From NCBI GenBank assembly GCA_051362555.1, contig CM120640.1, forward strand, positions 58,816,788-58,880,787: 64,000 nucleotides of DNA, in the 5' to 3' direction. Source of the DNA: Lingula anatina (taxonomy: Eukaryota; Animalia; Brachiopoda). Made by a program: the position numbers and the translations under genes. The notes beneath the pieces are model-generated. The model was not told the DNA's origin, did no database searches, and saw nothing but the letters and a program-made list of their open reading frames with translations. Of the stretch, positions 1 through 12,319 are shown piece by piece (the first letter of the stretch is position 1; each line of letters starts with the position of its first letter).

Positions 1-245
1 ATTTTCCTTGAAATGTGTTATCGGTGTTGCACATATGCTGAAATAGTGAAAAAACAGCATAACTTCCATAAAAATGGCCCGATCAGGCTGATTTTCGAAC
101 TTGACCTGCGTATTATGAATATTCATCATTTCAGTAACTTATAAGCCAAAAAGTAAAACGATTTTTCGCTTATCTATTATCGATGTTGCATTTATGCTGA
201 AAAAAATGAAAAAATAGCATAACTTCCACAAATATGGCCCAATGT
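1..245. repeat. Fragment of the ~160 bp-core HINE repeat family (runs off the window edge)
   Basis: Same core as 8960-9400 (aacagcataacttc...atggcccgatc...gattttcgaacttgacctgcg), about 1.5 units. Confidence 0.85.
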
Positions 246-2642
246 TAGGAAAATACAAGTCAATTTGAACATCTACTTGATTGGACCATTTTAACAGTTA
301 TTTTTTTTTCAATTTTATTTATTTATTTATTTATTTTTTGCATATTTTGAGAACTCTTGTTATTGCATTTCATAGAGCTTGTCAAGCACAAGACTGGTGG
401 CGGTGTCCCCCTTTTTTTTGGGGGGGGGTTCCATACGAATGCGCTTACTCCAGCTGGTGGCACAATATCTGGAGGCGGTATCGCCTCTATGATCCTCTAG
501 TTAAATTTTATTTGTGAAAGTTTTGAGGCTCAAATAAGTTTTGAGCAGGAGATTAATTATGATAAGGTTTATTTGGGTTCAAAGTTGAGGGACTGTGGAA
601 GTATTCTATTCACACGTACTTGAACGAAGTCAAAAGTAAAAGTCGTGTTGGCATTCATTAGATGCGTGTGAAGTTATCTTCCCGAGTTTCTCAATGGAAA
701 GTAAAAGAGGAACACATGAAAAAATGTTATTTTGGCTAGCAATTTGTAATAAATATCTGATTGAAATTGAATAAAGCAACCTTTTTGATTTTGGAACTGA
801 GACAGCAGTTTTGTTGTTTCTGACACCGGCATCGCTCGCTGATACAACAATTAAAATATAGATCACACTGAACAAAATTTGACCACCCTTCCCCCCAAAC
901 AAATTTCCCCAAGGCTGAACAAATATTCTATCTATCTTGTCCAAGTTAAATTGATGTGATACAGTTCAATTGGTTACGTTTAGTGCTTCCTTCTTATTTG
1001 CTTTATATGAAATACTTTTTAAAAAAACTTTTTACAAATATTTTGTTGGATTGTTAATTGCTGATGGTAGGCAATGAAATCATAACCATAGTATTTAAAT
1101 GGAAAAGATGAATTTAAGTCTAATTTGTTACTTAATAAGTAAAGGATGAGTGCTGATAAGAGGGAAAACAAATACAGTCAAGGCACACATCTATAGCTAG
1201 CCACTGGTGCAACCTATGAATTCAGGCCTTCCTAGCAAAACTAGACTCATCAGTGGCAGGTACTGTCAGTGTAAATTAGGTGCCCAGACAGTTGGAAGTT
1301 GTGCATGCACATATCACTTCAGTCCTGTGGTATATGGGGTTTGCCATAAGGCAGGGATACAATTGAAAATTATGTTGTGGAGAAGGCTGTTTGGATGCCT
1401 CACATTTACAACATCAAGCAGTGATAGTATTAACGAGACAGAAGGTGTTATGGACAGCACATCTGATTAATTATCCATTGTTTCTTATACACTTTTATTC
1501 CCATATTTGTATATTTTGTATTGCAGTGCGTTCTATACAAGGTCTATATCACATACATAATCATATGAAGTACTTTTTAGGTGATTTAATTTCGTTGTCA
1601 TACAGATTATTGGCCATAACTGTTACTATGTATACTATATTTTCTTTCAGTTTTTAATTTTACCTTATCATTATTTTTGGATGATTTATATTTGTTTAGT
1701 TTATGTTTAATGGAAACATTTCAAACAGCTATTTAGAGTGCTTTTACAAATGATTTTTTTTTGTTACTGTAACAGCTTTTGGCTTTCAGCATTTTTTACT
1801 ATTCTTTACAGAGCCTTGTACAAAATGTATATTGGTCATCAATACAATTATTTAGACCAACACATGCTGGTCTAGGAGAAAAGTTACATAAAATGAATAA
1901 ATATACTGAAACAAGTTGTCCTAGTTACATGTACAAGACTTTCATACTGTGGAGTGAAATCGGTGATATCTTCTGTGAGAAAATAACATCGTTCCTCCCT
2001 CTCTTCTCTGGGATGTAAAGATACAATTTCTTTCCCATTTACTTGTGCCACGCCACAAGTATTTAACATATTACTCCTTTTTACACCACAAGACATGTTT
2101 CAATGGAAAAATTCATTTATGTAATATATATGCTGAAACAAGTTGGTTTGATTCATTAGACTGCATACAACAGCTAAGTCTGGCTCCCCCATCCCCACAT
2201 GACTCATTAAAAAAATACAAAGTAATGATGCCTCAAACCACATATTTTTTCATAAACTTTATAATAGCAAATTATTTTAAAAATTTGACAATGGGCACTT
2301 TGCCAATGGTTACCAGCACACATCCTTTGAATGTCCAGTTAAATTGATAATAGAAGATAGTGCAAAAATCTTTAATTTTGATGAGCAAGTTCAAGAAAAA
2401 TAGTGGATAAATAAAGTCTGCACTTCTGCAGAACTCCCATGTTTATTATTTTTCCTTGACTGAAATTATGATGTGGTAGAACCTCAGCATATCAAAATCT
2501 TCAACACTGCCTTATGACTGTTACTTAAATGAGAATGATACATGTAAGAAATAGCATAGCATTTCAATTTTCTCCAGATATTTGAACTTCTGGGATATTT
2601 AGTGCCAAGTGTCAAATTAAGCAAGACTGTCAGTGTACATTG

Positions 2643-5600
2643 TCATCCAAACCAGTGATTCCCCATGCATTCTCTACTCCATGGTGAATGACACAGCCAG
2701 CACCAGTCAAGCTTGCATCGTGTGCACTGCATGTGCATACATCCACCTGGAAGAGATTGGATTTACTTTCTTCTTATTCTGTCATGTCTTTATTAAATGG
2801 GTAGAAAATCAAGGTTCAAACTAGGACAAAACTTTAAAATCCAGACAGAGACCGTTTTTATAGGGATAAGTATTTGGTTATGATATATTACTTCCCATTT
2901 TAATTCAAAATCTGTCATTCAGTGAATTCTGAAATAACATTTATTACCTGCTTTTTCAACAGGGACATTGCACTGTGGACAGGGTTTTGTTGTCTTTCCT
3001 ATGGTGTCTTTAGACAACCTCTCCCACCTTGCTCTTTCTGCCCTGGCTGGATCTACAGAATAGCCCTGTGAAGTAAATAATATAAAATGTCATTGATAAT
3101 TACAATTGCTTATACAAATAGGTCTCAATTCATTGAAGGTCTTTTACAAAAAATCAAGTTCTTACATGACTGTTACAGAATATTATTACCTCTGCCAAGG
3201 AGTTATGTTTTCACCCCTGTGTGTCTGTCTGTTTGTTTGTTTGTCGTCAACATAACTCAAAAAGTTACAGACCAATTTTGATGGTGATCTGGATCAATAA
3301 TCAATCAATTATCAATAATAATCAAAAATTGCTGCCTTGGCAGAGGTCTGCGCTCTCGGAGTGCTTTTCTAGTTTTATCATAGAGCCTATAGTTTACAGT
3401 TTTAATTCTTTACTGCATATTTCATTTATTTTTGAGTTTTTCCTGTTAAAAAATTCACCAAGACAATTTATACCCCCACGTAATGACTAAGTATGATACT
3501 ACATGAAAAAAAAAAGTCAAAAAAATTATGTAATAGCGTGTGAAACATACTGTAGTAGATGCAGAATCCATCAGTCTCTGATCACAATCACCTTGGTGAA
3601 AAGCTTGGAAGCACCTCCGACAAAAGATAAACTATAAGATTAAATGTATGGGTTTGTACTACAAGCCATAACTTAAAATATACATTCAATGCAATGCAAT
3701 GATAAACTAAATCATAAAAAAGGATGTATTAATTGCAGTTATATCAGATTTCCAGTGAATATTAGGAAGGATGCCCATCATTTCATTTTGTTAGGCTATC
3801 AATCCATCAGAATTCTACTTATTCGTCACAAAATTCATAAGCACAGTGATTAATCATGTCAATCAATATAAGCTTATCACACTGACAAGTGCTTTTACAT
3901 GAGAGATATCAACTATCAAATAAGTTAAAGGGAGGTGTGCTGTTACCCCTGCATGTTGCTGAGATGGCCTAAGTTTGCCAAATGTTAGGAGGAGTTTTAA
4001 TCTATGCCACATAGACCTTCTAGTATTTGGTTGTGCCACGGCTAAGACATCTTTTGTCTCTATTTCAAACCATTCAATATCTTGGTACTTACTCCACATC
4101 CCTGAGGTGTTGCACACTCTATTCTCCTCTGCTGTTCATCTTCAGGCAGAAGTCCAGCTCCGCAGCCTGGTTGAGGGCACAGCACACCTCCCATCTGAAG
4201 TAAACACTCCTCTGTACTAAACCTCTGGTACCTGTCATACTGGAAATACAATTTTATTACCAAACAATCATTTATTTAGATCTTTTTTGAGAAATATGAA
4301 TCTCATCTATACAGTTTTTTTAAATTTCTGTCTTAACAATTTAAACAACAAACAAGGTGCAAGCAAAACAGACTGGACTGTAGCAGGTCTTAGTGTTTTC
4401 AAATTCAAGTTCATTTGTGATTTTAAAAATGACTTTACTATGGTAGCAAAGTCTTGTGAATGGTGTTGATGTCTCTTTGCTGGACTATAGTTGACAAGAA
4501 GTAGCAGACTTTGCTAGGTCTTTATTTCTTAAATTACTGGTTTAGTGACTATGACTGTGTCAAAACATTAAAACCTAACACTGCTTGTAATAAATTCATA
4601 CCGATATTTGTTTTACCTGATCATCTCCAAGTATTCTAAAATGGTGAACTTCATTTATCAAAGAATTGTCACAACCTGCTGAAAAAATATTAAGAAACAT
4701 CAATGATCAATGCTTAGGAAGCATGTAGACAAAAGTGTACATGTTATTCATTTTATATAAACACTACCTGCAAATTTACTCATATATAAACTCAGAATGA
4801 TGAATGGTTTTCTTCAAAGATTTTCAACAATAGACAGAAGTAATAATTCCATGTCTTAAATCTTTGTGTTCATAATATCTGAAATATAGTCATTTAACTT
4901 GAGTAATGAAATAGCCACCACCTTCTAAAACAAATTTTTACACTAGATGAATATGCAAGGATAGCAGCAGATCATTATCAGAAGCCTTGAATGTAGGGTA
5001 TATAGAATTTGGCACTGCTTGCAATATCATACCTGGGCAGGGAAGTGTGTAGCCTAACTCTGGGTGTTGTATAAAATCCCTATCATTCAGCTTTGTTTGG
5101 CAATATATTCTAAAGCAATCTAAACACATGGAGTGCCCTTCCAAACAAGGGAACACTAAAACTGGATCACTGAAATACAGCAATAAAACGGAAATGAGGG
5201 AGCTATAAATGAAGCAAGCAAAATAGTTTTTCTGATATATTATTTGGTCATAATAAAAATGGAAGAAAATGAACTGCTTTTCTTACATAAAAAGGGGTTT
5301 TAATATACAGGTATTTTAAAGGTATAAAAACAGAATATCAGAAAATTACATTACCAGATAGCTAAACATGTTATGCATTCTACATTTCTAGTATTGGCCT
5401 TGATGAGGTAAAGCACCACACTGGACTCATCTTCTGTACTTGAATGGTTAGCACATTTGAAGAAAAATTCCTAAAATAAAGCCTTAGCCTTAAAATCTAG
5501 TAATACTTATTTTAAAAACAACTTTAAACCAGTATATTGTTTTTAAATTAACATTTCTTAATGTACTTCTGTATAAGTGTAGAACCTGAACAAATAACAA

Positions 5601-7568
5601 AACTTACTGCTGTGTCTCCACTACAATCTTTTTCTTCACACACTCCCATTATTCTACCTGGCTTTAGAACGTCATCCCAACATGATGGCTCCTAGAATGT
5701 GTACGAAGAAGAGATATATTTACTGTAACAGTTTTAAAATATATTTTATTCTATGTATAGCGGATCCCATGCTAAGCAAATACAAACAACGATGGAGTGT
5801 TTATTCAAAAACACTGATGAATGTTGAAGTGGTGAAACTTTAAGGTACATACAAACCGAGCATCGGTGGAGCGTGGATTCCCAGTAACACATGTAAACCA
5901 CTTCTACTAGATTTTATATGACTCAAATAAATTCGACATGCCGAGGGATAAACTGAATAGATCACTCAATCAGCCATAAAAGACCTTTAGACTGCTCCTT
6001 ACTTTAAATTTTTGGTTGTAAATTTAACCTACTTTTGTGACCTACTTTTCTGCCCCATAGACATACAGCTTAGAATGCTAGCAGAAAAATCCGTTCAAAC
6101 ATCATTTTCGGGTAAATTTAAACAATGCCTTTTAGTAATTCTCTTAGTTATACTACTTGACACTATATGCTGGCATTTGGTTGGTTTTTGTGACAAAAAA
6201 ATTTACTTTGTATGGATCTTTAAAATACAAAATAACAAAATAACTGATAATGTAAAATACACAAATATAATTTGAAGTAAATACAGATATGAGGCAAAAT
6301 AAACAAATAGGAAAAAAGGTTAACAAATAGATTATATGAAATGGGAAGTGTTGTGCAACATATTTATAGATTTGACTAGATACTGTTACAAATAAATGGT
6401 TTACAAATACATACAGAGAAATATTGCATTTCTTGCCCATGGCAATCCACAGATGTTGCCGAAATAGGTACAATAAAAAACCTGAGACCTGGCAACCTGA
6501 GCAACTCTTTGCTAGCTGGTTTCAAAACAACCAGGGCGCACCATTGAATACTTGTTGGGTGTACCGAATAAAGTATTTGCATAACAAAGTAGATGACTAG
6601 TTGAACAGTGGAAAACCATAAGTAAACTTAATTGTTGCTGTAAGCAACAACACTATGAAACAAATAAATACTTACTGAAATAACAGCATATAAACTGCAC
6701 TCATAATTACAACATTTAGACTCTGTACTTACTTGTTCCAGCCTAAAAGAACCTTGCTTGCATTTAGAGCACCTTACTCTTAGTTTGCCTGCACAGACTT
6801 TCTTGCATTCATTTTTACAGAAGATGTAATAATGGTTTAGTGGGGTACCTGTAAAATTAAAAAAAAAGTATTACACTCATTTCTCTATAAAACATGCAAT
6901 AAATTAAGTTCATTACAGAATTTGTGAATTTACATTGGTTAATAACAGTGAATATGACCTTCACGTATGAGCACATTTAAAATCCAAGTCTTACTCTGCT
7001 CTTTTTCTGTTTCTGGCACTTCACCCTGACCACGTTCACAGTCAGTCTCTACTTGAAGAGAAAGGTTCCTCTTTCTGCCTTGTATTACATGGAGAACACT
7101 ATGCAGACCCAAGTCTATTTCCTAATAAAACATTCATATATTTTTGTCTCGCATTGTCACAGCAGGAGGTCACTATAAAAAGATATATCTGCACTTGTTA
7201 CTCTTTAAGTTCCCAAACTTTATAATGATAATTCAACTGGTAATAATGGAGTAATGCACCCTGCATCCTAGACACGTCAATAAAAGGCATATACAATACC
7301 ACAAATAAAATATGCATGAATGAACAGATCCTAATGACACGATTAACAGAAAAATTCCTTCTTTCTCTTCTTCTGTTCACAAAGTACTCACCCTTATGGC
7401 TGTAGAATTTTGAAGCTCTCTTCCCGCAAAGATTATCCTGATGTCATTGGGAGAAACATCTTCTTCTGCAGCAATTTGTTCTTTAACCTTTTCAATAGTC
7501 CAGGTGGAATCAACATGTAGTAGGTGACTGTGGCAGGAGTTGAACCTTATATTTATCACTGCTGTCAT
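2643..7568 (-). CDS. PRKN: E3 ubiquitin ligase parkin (Ubl-RING0-RING1-IBR-REP-RING2); 11 coding exons approx 7568-7392, 7121-6995, 6848-6733, 5691-5608, 5470-5355, 5169-5033, 4678-4617, 4239-4093, 3631-3551, 3065-2948, 2746-2643
   Basis: Spliced translation gives Ubl ([12 protein letters not shown]; GLHSVLHVI with the Ser65 equivalent), [69 protein letters not shown] and ends GNHWFG-TGA; GT-AG junctions in phase where checked. Confidence 0.97.
3184..3374 (+). mobile_element. Short HINE/DINE-like non-autonomous element in a parkin intron
   Basis: 5' TTATTACCTCTGCCAAGG, then a GTCT/GTTT microsatellite, then 3' inverted CCTTGGCAGAGGT plus short hairpin and CTAGTT. Confidence 0.75.
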
Positions 7569-7706
7569 GCTGCATTCACTTAAATTAATATATATATAAC
7601 AGATGGTGTGATTATAAAGTATTTATTCATTCAAGTAAAATTTTCACACCATTTAAAAATGTCACAGAAAAAGTTCATAGTAGAGTGGTTCACAACAGTC
7701 TACATA

Positions 7707-10413
7707 AACAAGGCAGCAAAGCTGTCAAATGTACAGACAAAATAACAGAAAAAAGGATGCAAAAGAGGTCATTTTGCCAATTTTGATGCAATAATAAACA
7801 AGCCCGTGGAACTTCAAAGTCACACTTTGAAAATGCCAATATGTGAAACTGTTTAACTGGCAGTAAGAATTACCAAACAGACTGCATTGCCTACTGAAGC
7901 TGTATTTTAGTCCCATGTTTCTTTCCTGTAAGTTTGAGAACAGTAAGTGACATGGTTTTTCTTAAATGGTCATCATGGGAGCAGTGCCCAAAATATATTT
8001 TTTTAAAATTTTGATGCAATATTACATAATGTTTAACAGCATAATGACCATCAATTTTAATAATAAAATATTAGTATCATGGATATTCAGAAAATGTGAC
8101 TAGCAAAGGTCTTCAGGCCCATGGAACTTCAAAGTCACAACTTGAAAATGCCAAAATGTAAACAAAGACAGCACTGTTCTGAAATGTTTTTTTTTTTCAT
8201 TTTTAACAATTTTTTAACATAAAACAAAATAAACAGTTTACTGCAATTTTTATATGATCAACTAAGAAAATTGATGAGATGGGAAAAATATCAATAAAGC
8301 AGTGTAAAATGTCCAATTTCTTCCATTCTGAGATTCTGAACATAGTGAATGATTGAATCTGACAAACTGCAATGATATGAGTTTATTTCCATTTTTGACA
8401 CTTTATTACACAATACACGATAACAAGTTTACCATCATTTTTACATAATCAACTAATAATGTTGTAAAGATGCAGGAAATGTCAACCAAACACTTTTACA
8501 TGTCTTATTAGTTAAATAATGAGACTGTTAACATGCCTAAGAATTGAATCTGAGGAAATGTGAAACAAGACAGCACTGTTCTGACATGGATTTATTTCCA
8601 TTTTTAACACTTTTTTAACATAAAACAAAATAAACAGTTTACTGCAATTTTTATATGATCAACTAAGAAAATTGATGAGATGGGAAAAATATCAATAGAA
8701 AAGTGTTAAATGTACAATTTCCTCCATTCTGAGATTCTGAACATAGTGAATGATTCAATCTGACAAACTGCAATGATATGAGTTTATTTCCATTTTTGAC
8801 ACTTTATTACACAATACACGATAACAAGTTTACCATCATTTTTACATAATCAACTTACAATGTTGTAAAGATGCAGGAAATGTCAAACAAACACTTTTAT
8901 GTATCTTATTAGTAAAACAATAAGACTGTTAACATGCCTAAGAATTTAATCTGAGGAAATGTGAAAAAACAGCATAACTTCTAAAATAATGGCCCGATTA
9001 TGCTGATTTTCGAACTCAACCTGCATTTTAGTAAGATTGACCACTCCTGTGAGTTTAATGACAATTGGCCTATCTGTTTTTCTTATATTGTGTTTACAGT
9101 GTTGCATATATGCTGAAAAATGAAAAAACAGCATAACTACTAAAATAGTGGCCCGATCATGCCGATTTTCGAACTTGACCTGCGTTTTAGTAAGATAGAT
9201 TACTCCTGTGAGTTTCATGACAACAGGCCTATCGGTTTTCCTTGGAATGTGTTTACAGTGTTGCATATATGCTGGAAAGTGAAAAAACAGCATAACTTCT
9301 ACAATAATGGCCCGATCATGCTGATTTTCGAACTTGACCTGCGTTTTATGAATATTCATCAGCTCTGTAAATATAAAGCCCAAAAGTAAAACTGCCTTCC
9401 ACTTATCGTGTTTACAATGAAAGTGCACGGCACCGGCGACGGCGATGACGGCGACGACAGACGCAGGTGATGGCAATATGTACAGACACATCTATATATA
9501 TATTTACTGTACTGTTTGAGAACAGTAAGTGACATGGTTTTTCTTAAATGGTCATCATGGGAGCAGTGCCCAAAATAGGTTTTTTTCAAATTTTGATGCA
9601 ATATTACATAATGTTTAACAGCATAATGACCATCAATTTTTAATAATAAAATATTAGTATCATGGATATTCAGAAAATGTGACTAGCAAAGGTCTTCAGG
9701 CCCATGGAACCTCTAAGTCACAACTTGAAAATGCCAAAATGTAAACAAGACAGCACTGTTCTGAAATGTTTTTTTTTTTCCATTTTTAACAATTTTTAAC
9801 ATAAAACAAAATTAACAGTTTACTGCAATTTTTATATGATCAACTAAGAAAATTGATGAGATGGGAAAAATATCAATAAAGCAGTGTAAAATGTCCAATT
9901 TCTTCCATTCTGAGATTCTGAACATAGTGAATGATTGAATCTGACAAACTGCAATGATATGAGTTTATTTCCATTTTTGACACTTTATTACACAATACAC
10001 GATAACAAGTTTACCATCATTTTTAAAAAATCAACTAACAATGTTGTAAAGATGCAGGAAATGTCAAACAAAAATTTTTACGTATCTTATTAGTTTAATA
10101 ATGAGACTGTTAACATGCCTAAGAATTGAATCTGAGGAAATGTGAAAAATATGCTGAAAAGTGAAAAAACAGCATAACTTCTACAATAATGGCCCGATCA
10201 TGCTGATTTTCGAACTTGACCTGCGTTTTATGAATATTCATCAGCTCTGTAAATATAAAGCCAAAAAGTAAAACTGCCTTCCACTTATCGTGTTTACAAG
10301 GAAAGTGCACGGCGACGGCATCGGCATCGGCATCGGCATCGCCATCGGCATCGGCGACGACAGACGCAGGTGATGGCAATATGTACAGACACATCTGTGT
10401 CTGTACATAAAAA
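7707..10413 (-). mobile_element. Helentron-associated (HINE-like) composite element with ~160 bp core tandem repeats, in the putative parkin 5'UTR intron
   Basis: On the minus strand: head TTTTTATGTACAGACAC-AGAT-GTGTCTGTACAT (stem-loop), GCCGAT/GTCGCC microsatellite, 159-160 bp units (8966, 9126, 9285), tail TGTCTGTACAT plus hairpin GACAGC-TTT-GCTGCC plus TTGTT. Confidence 0.8.
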
Positions 10414-11475
10414 GGAGCATCATCTAAGGTAAGGTAACTCGGCAAATGTCTGTCTGATTGTTTACTTTGTTTCTAGAATTTAAATCTATTTGTTGGTAGA
10501 TTAATCTGTCAGTTAGATTACTTGTATTATATAACCTACTTTGTTCTGTAATTTGATTAAAGGAAAGTTGTTTTTGGTTAAATAAGATTGTCTACATTTC
10601 TATTAATTTTTAAAAACATTTTCTAGCTTTATTTAACTTAAAAAGTTTAAGTCGCTTACTAATTAGCTTATTATTTTTATTTATCACTATTTAATTTGGT
10701 TATTCTTTAGCTGAAATTTTGTTTAATTTTTGGTTGATTATTTTTGTGATTATTTAGTTAATTTAGTTTCATTAGTATTTAGTTACATTAGACCCTATTT
10801 TATCAGTTTCTTTATTATTTTAATTAGTTTATTGTGATTATACCTTCTTGGTTTAATTAATCAATTTGGGTTTTAATTTTTTTTCATGACAACATATTTA
10901 GCAGCTAACTTCGATCTCTATTCCCTGTAAATTATCTTGATGTGTTTTCTTTAAAGAATTTCCCTCTTCTTTCTTTGTAACTCAGTTCCAATTTTCTTCA
11001 CAATTTATTTCAAGGCTATCGATTTCTTTTATTTTGTGAAATAGTCATATTTACTTATTTCAGTATTTCTGTAATTTCTATTTGACTTCCATTGAAAACA
11101 TTCACTTTGAGTTCATTGGTTTACTTCATTTCTTTGCATTCACTCACAATTATTGACTTAGCTTGATCAATTGGGTTTTCCTTTTGCTATTTTATGTTTC
11201 CAACCCATTTTGGTTTATCCTTACTAGCCTTGCCTAGGTTTGTTTTACTTTTATGGCAGCTGAAAACTCAATTTGAATGCTTCATTTGCCTTGCTATCTG
11301 GGATTGACAATTCTGTTAGATATGGCTACTGGGGGTGCCCAAATGTCTGATAAAGGGAGAGACAAACTCATGCTATGTTTGAAGCACTTAATGCGAACCC
11401 AGATCCTGGACATCTTGACCAGAGGATGGAACAGTACTTTAGGTGTCACGAACGTGAAGAATGTGGTGAACTTAC

Positions 11476-11645
11476 AGGCCCGTAGCCAGCAATATCAAAA
11501 GGGGGGTTCTTTTCTGAAAAAGTGGACCTTTTCCCATGAAAACTTTATGTACCTAGATCAAATTTTATCCAGAGTGGACCTCTTCCCAGCAAAAGGGGCG
11601 GTTCTTTCGACCCCACCCCCCTAACCCCCCCTGGCTACAGGCCTG
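11476..11645. mobile_element. Small TIR MITE
   Basis: CAGGCCCGTAGCCAG ... CTGGCTACAGGCCTG; a related end CTGGTTACGGGCCTG lies at ~44345-44360; no clear TSD. Confidence 0.65.
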
Positions 11646-12119
11646 ACGTAGCACAAATTAGCAGTAGCTACTGCAGTAGAATACAAACCTCCTCCATATT
11701 ATATCGTGCCCAAAATCACAATTTTCTCTAGTGACATCAATTTAAATGAAGCTTGGTGCTTTGGTCTCAATCCCGGTTTAAAAATCTTTAAGAGGACAAA
11801 CAGGAAAGCAATGTATAAACTTGAAGCATACCCCCTTCAGTACTACGTCATGCAGTACATATACCTACAGTCTAGGATCCAAGCCCCAGTACATACAGTG
11901 AATATATACTCGTGCATGTATCAGGAAATATAATGAACTTAAAAAACGAACATTTGCCATTTGGATTGCAAACAATTTTACAATTACATTTTACAGTCAT
12001 TGTTGTTACCTAGCATCAAGTCCAGTTTAATAACTAGCTGCTGACCTGCAGCCTACTGTACTCAAAGGGAACATAACAACTTTATCACCGCCGCGGTGTG
12101 AAAAATATTCCTCATATTC

Positions 12120-12319
12120 AGTAACCCACCTGAGTTGAAAAAAGCTGTATTGAGACTGATTTTAAATAATGTCCATTAAAAACTGACGAAATGGTAGTTA
12201 GATGTATCATGGAAAACATCAAAACTATCTTTATTTCAAAGCGAATGAATTTAGCAAAAAGAAGAAATCTGGGTCAGGGTCAAGGTCAGACATAGAAATC
12301 GAGGAGATTTAGAGAAATT
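12120..12319. promoter_or_regulatory. Putative bidirectional promoter of parkin and ISCU, including a non-coding parkin exon 1
   Basis: Minus-strand donor CAG/GTGGGT at ~12130, only ~190 bp from the ISCU ATG; the parkin ATG exon has an acceptor just upstream; the exon link is inferred. Confidence 0.5.

Noticed and set aside
8960-9400. Regularly spaced conserved motifs suggestive of a CRISPR array
   Set aside because: The intervening sequences are homologous to each other (whole-unit tandem repeats), the context is eukaryotic and there are no cas genes.
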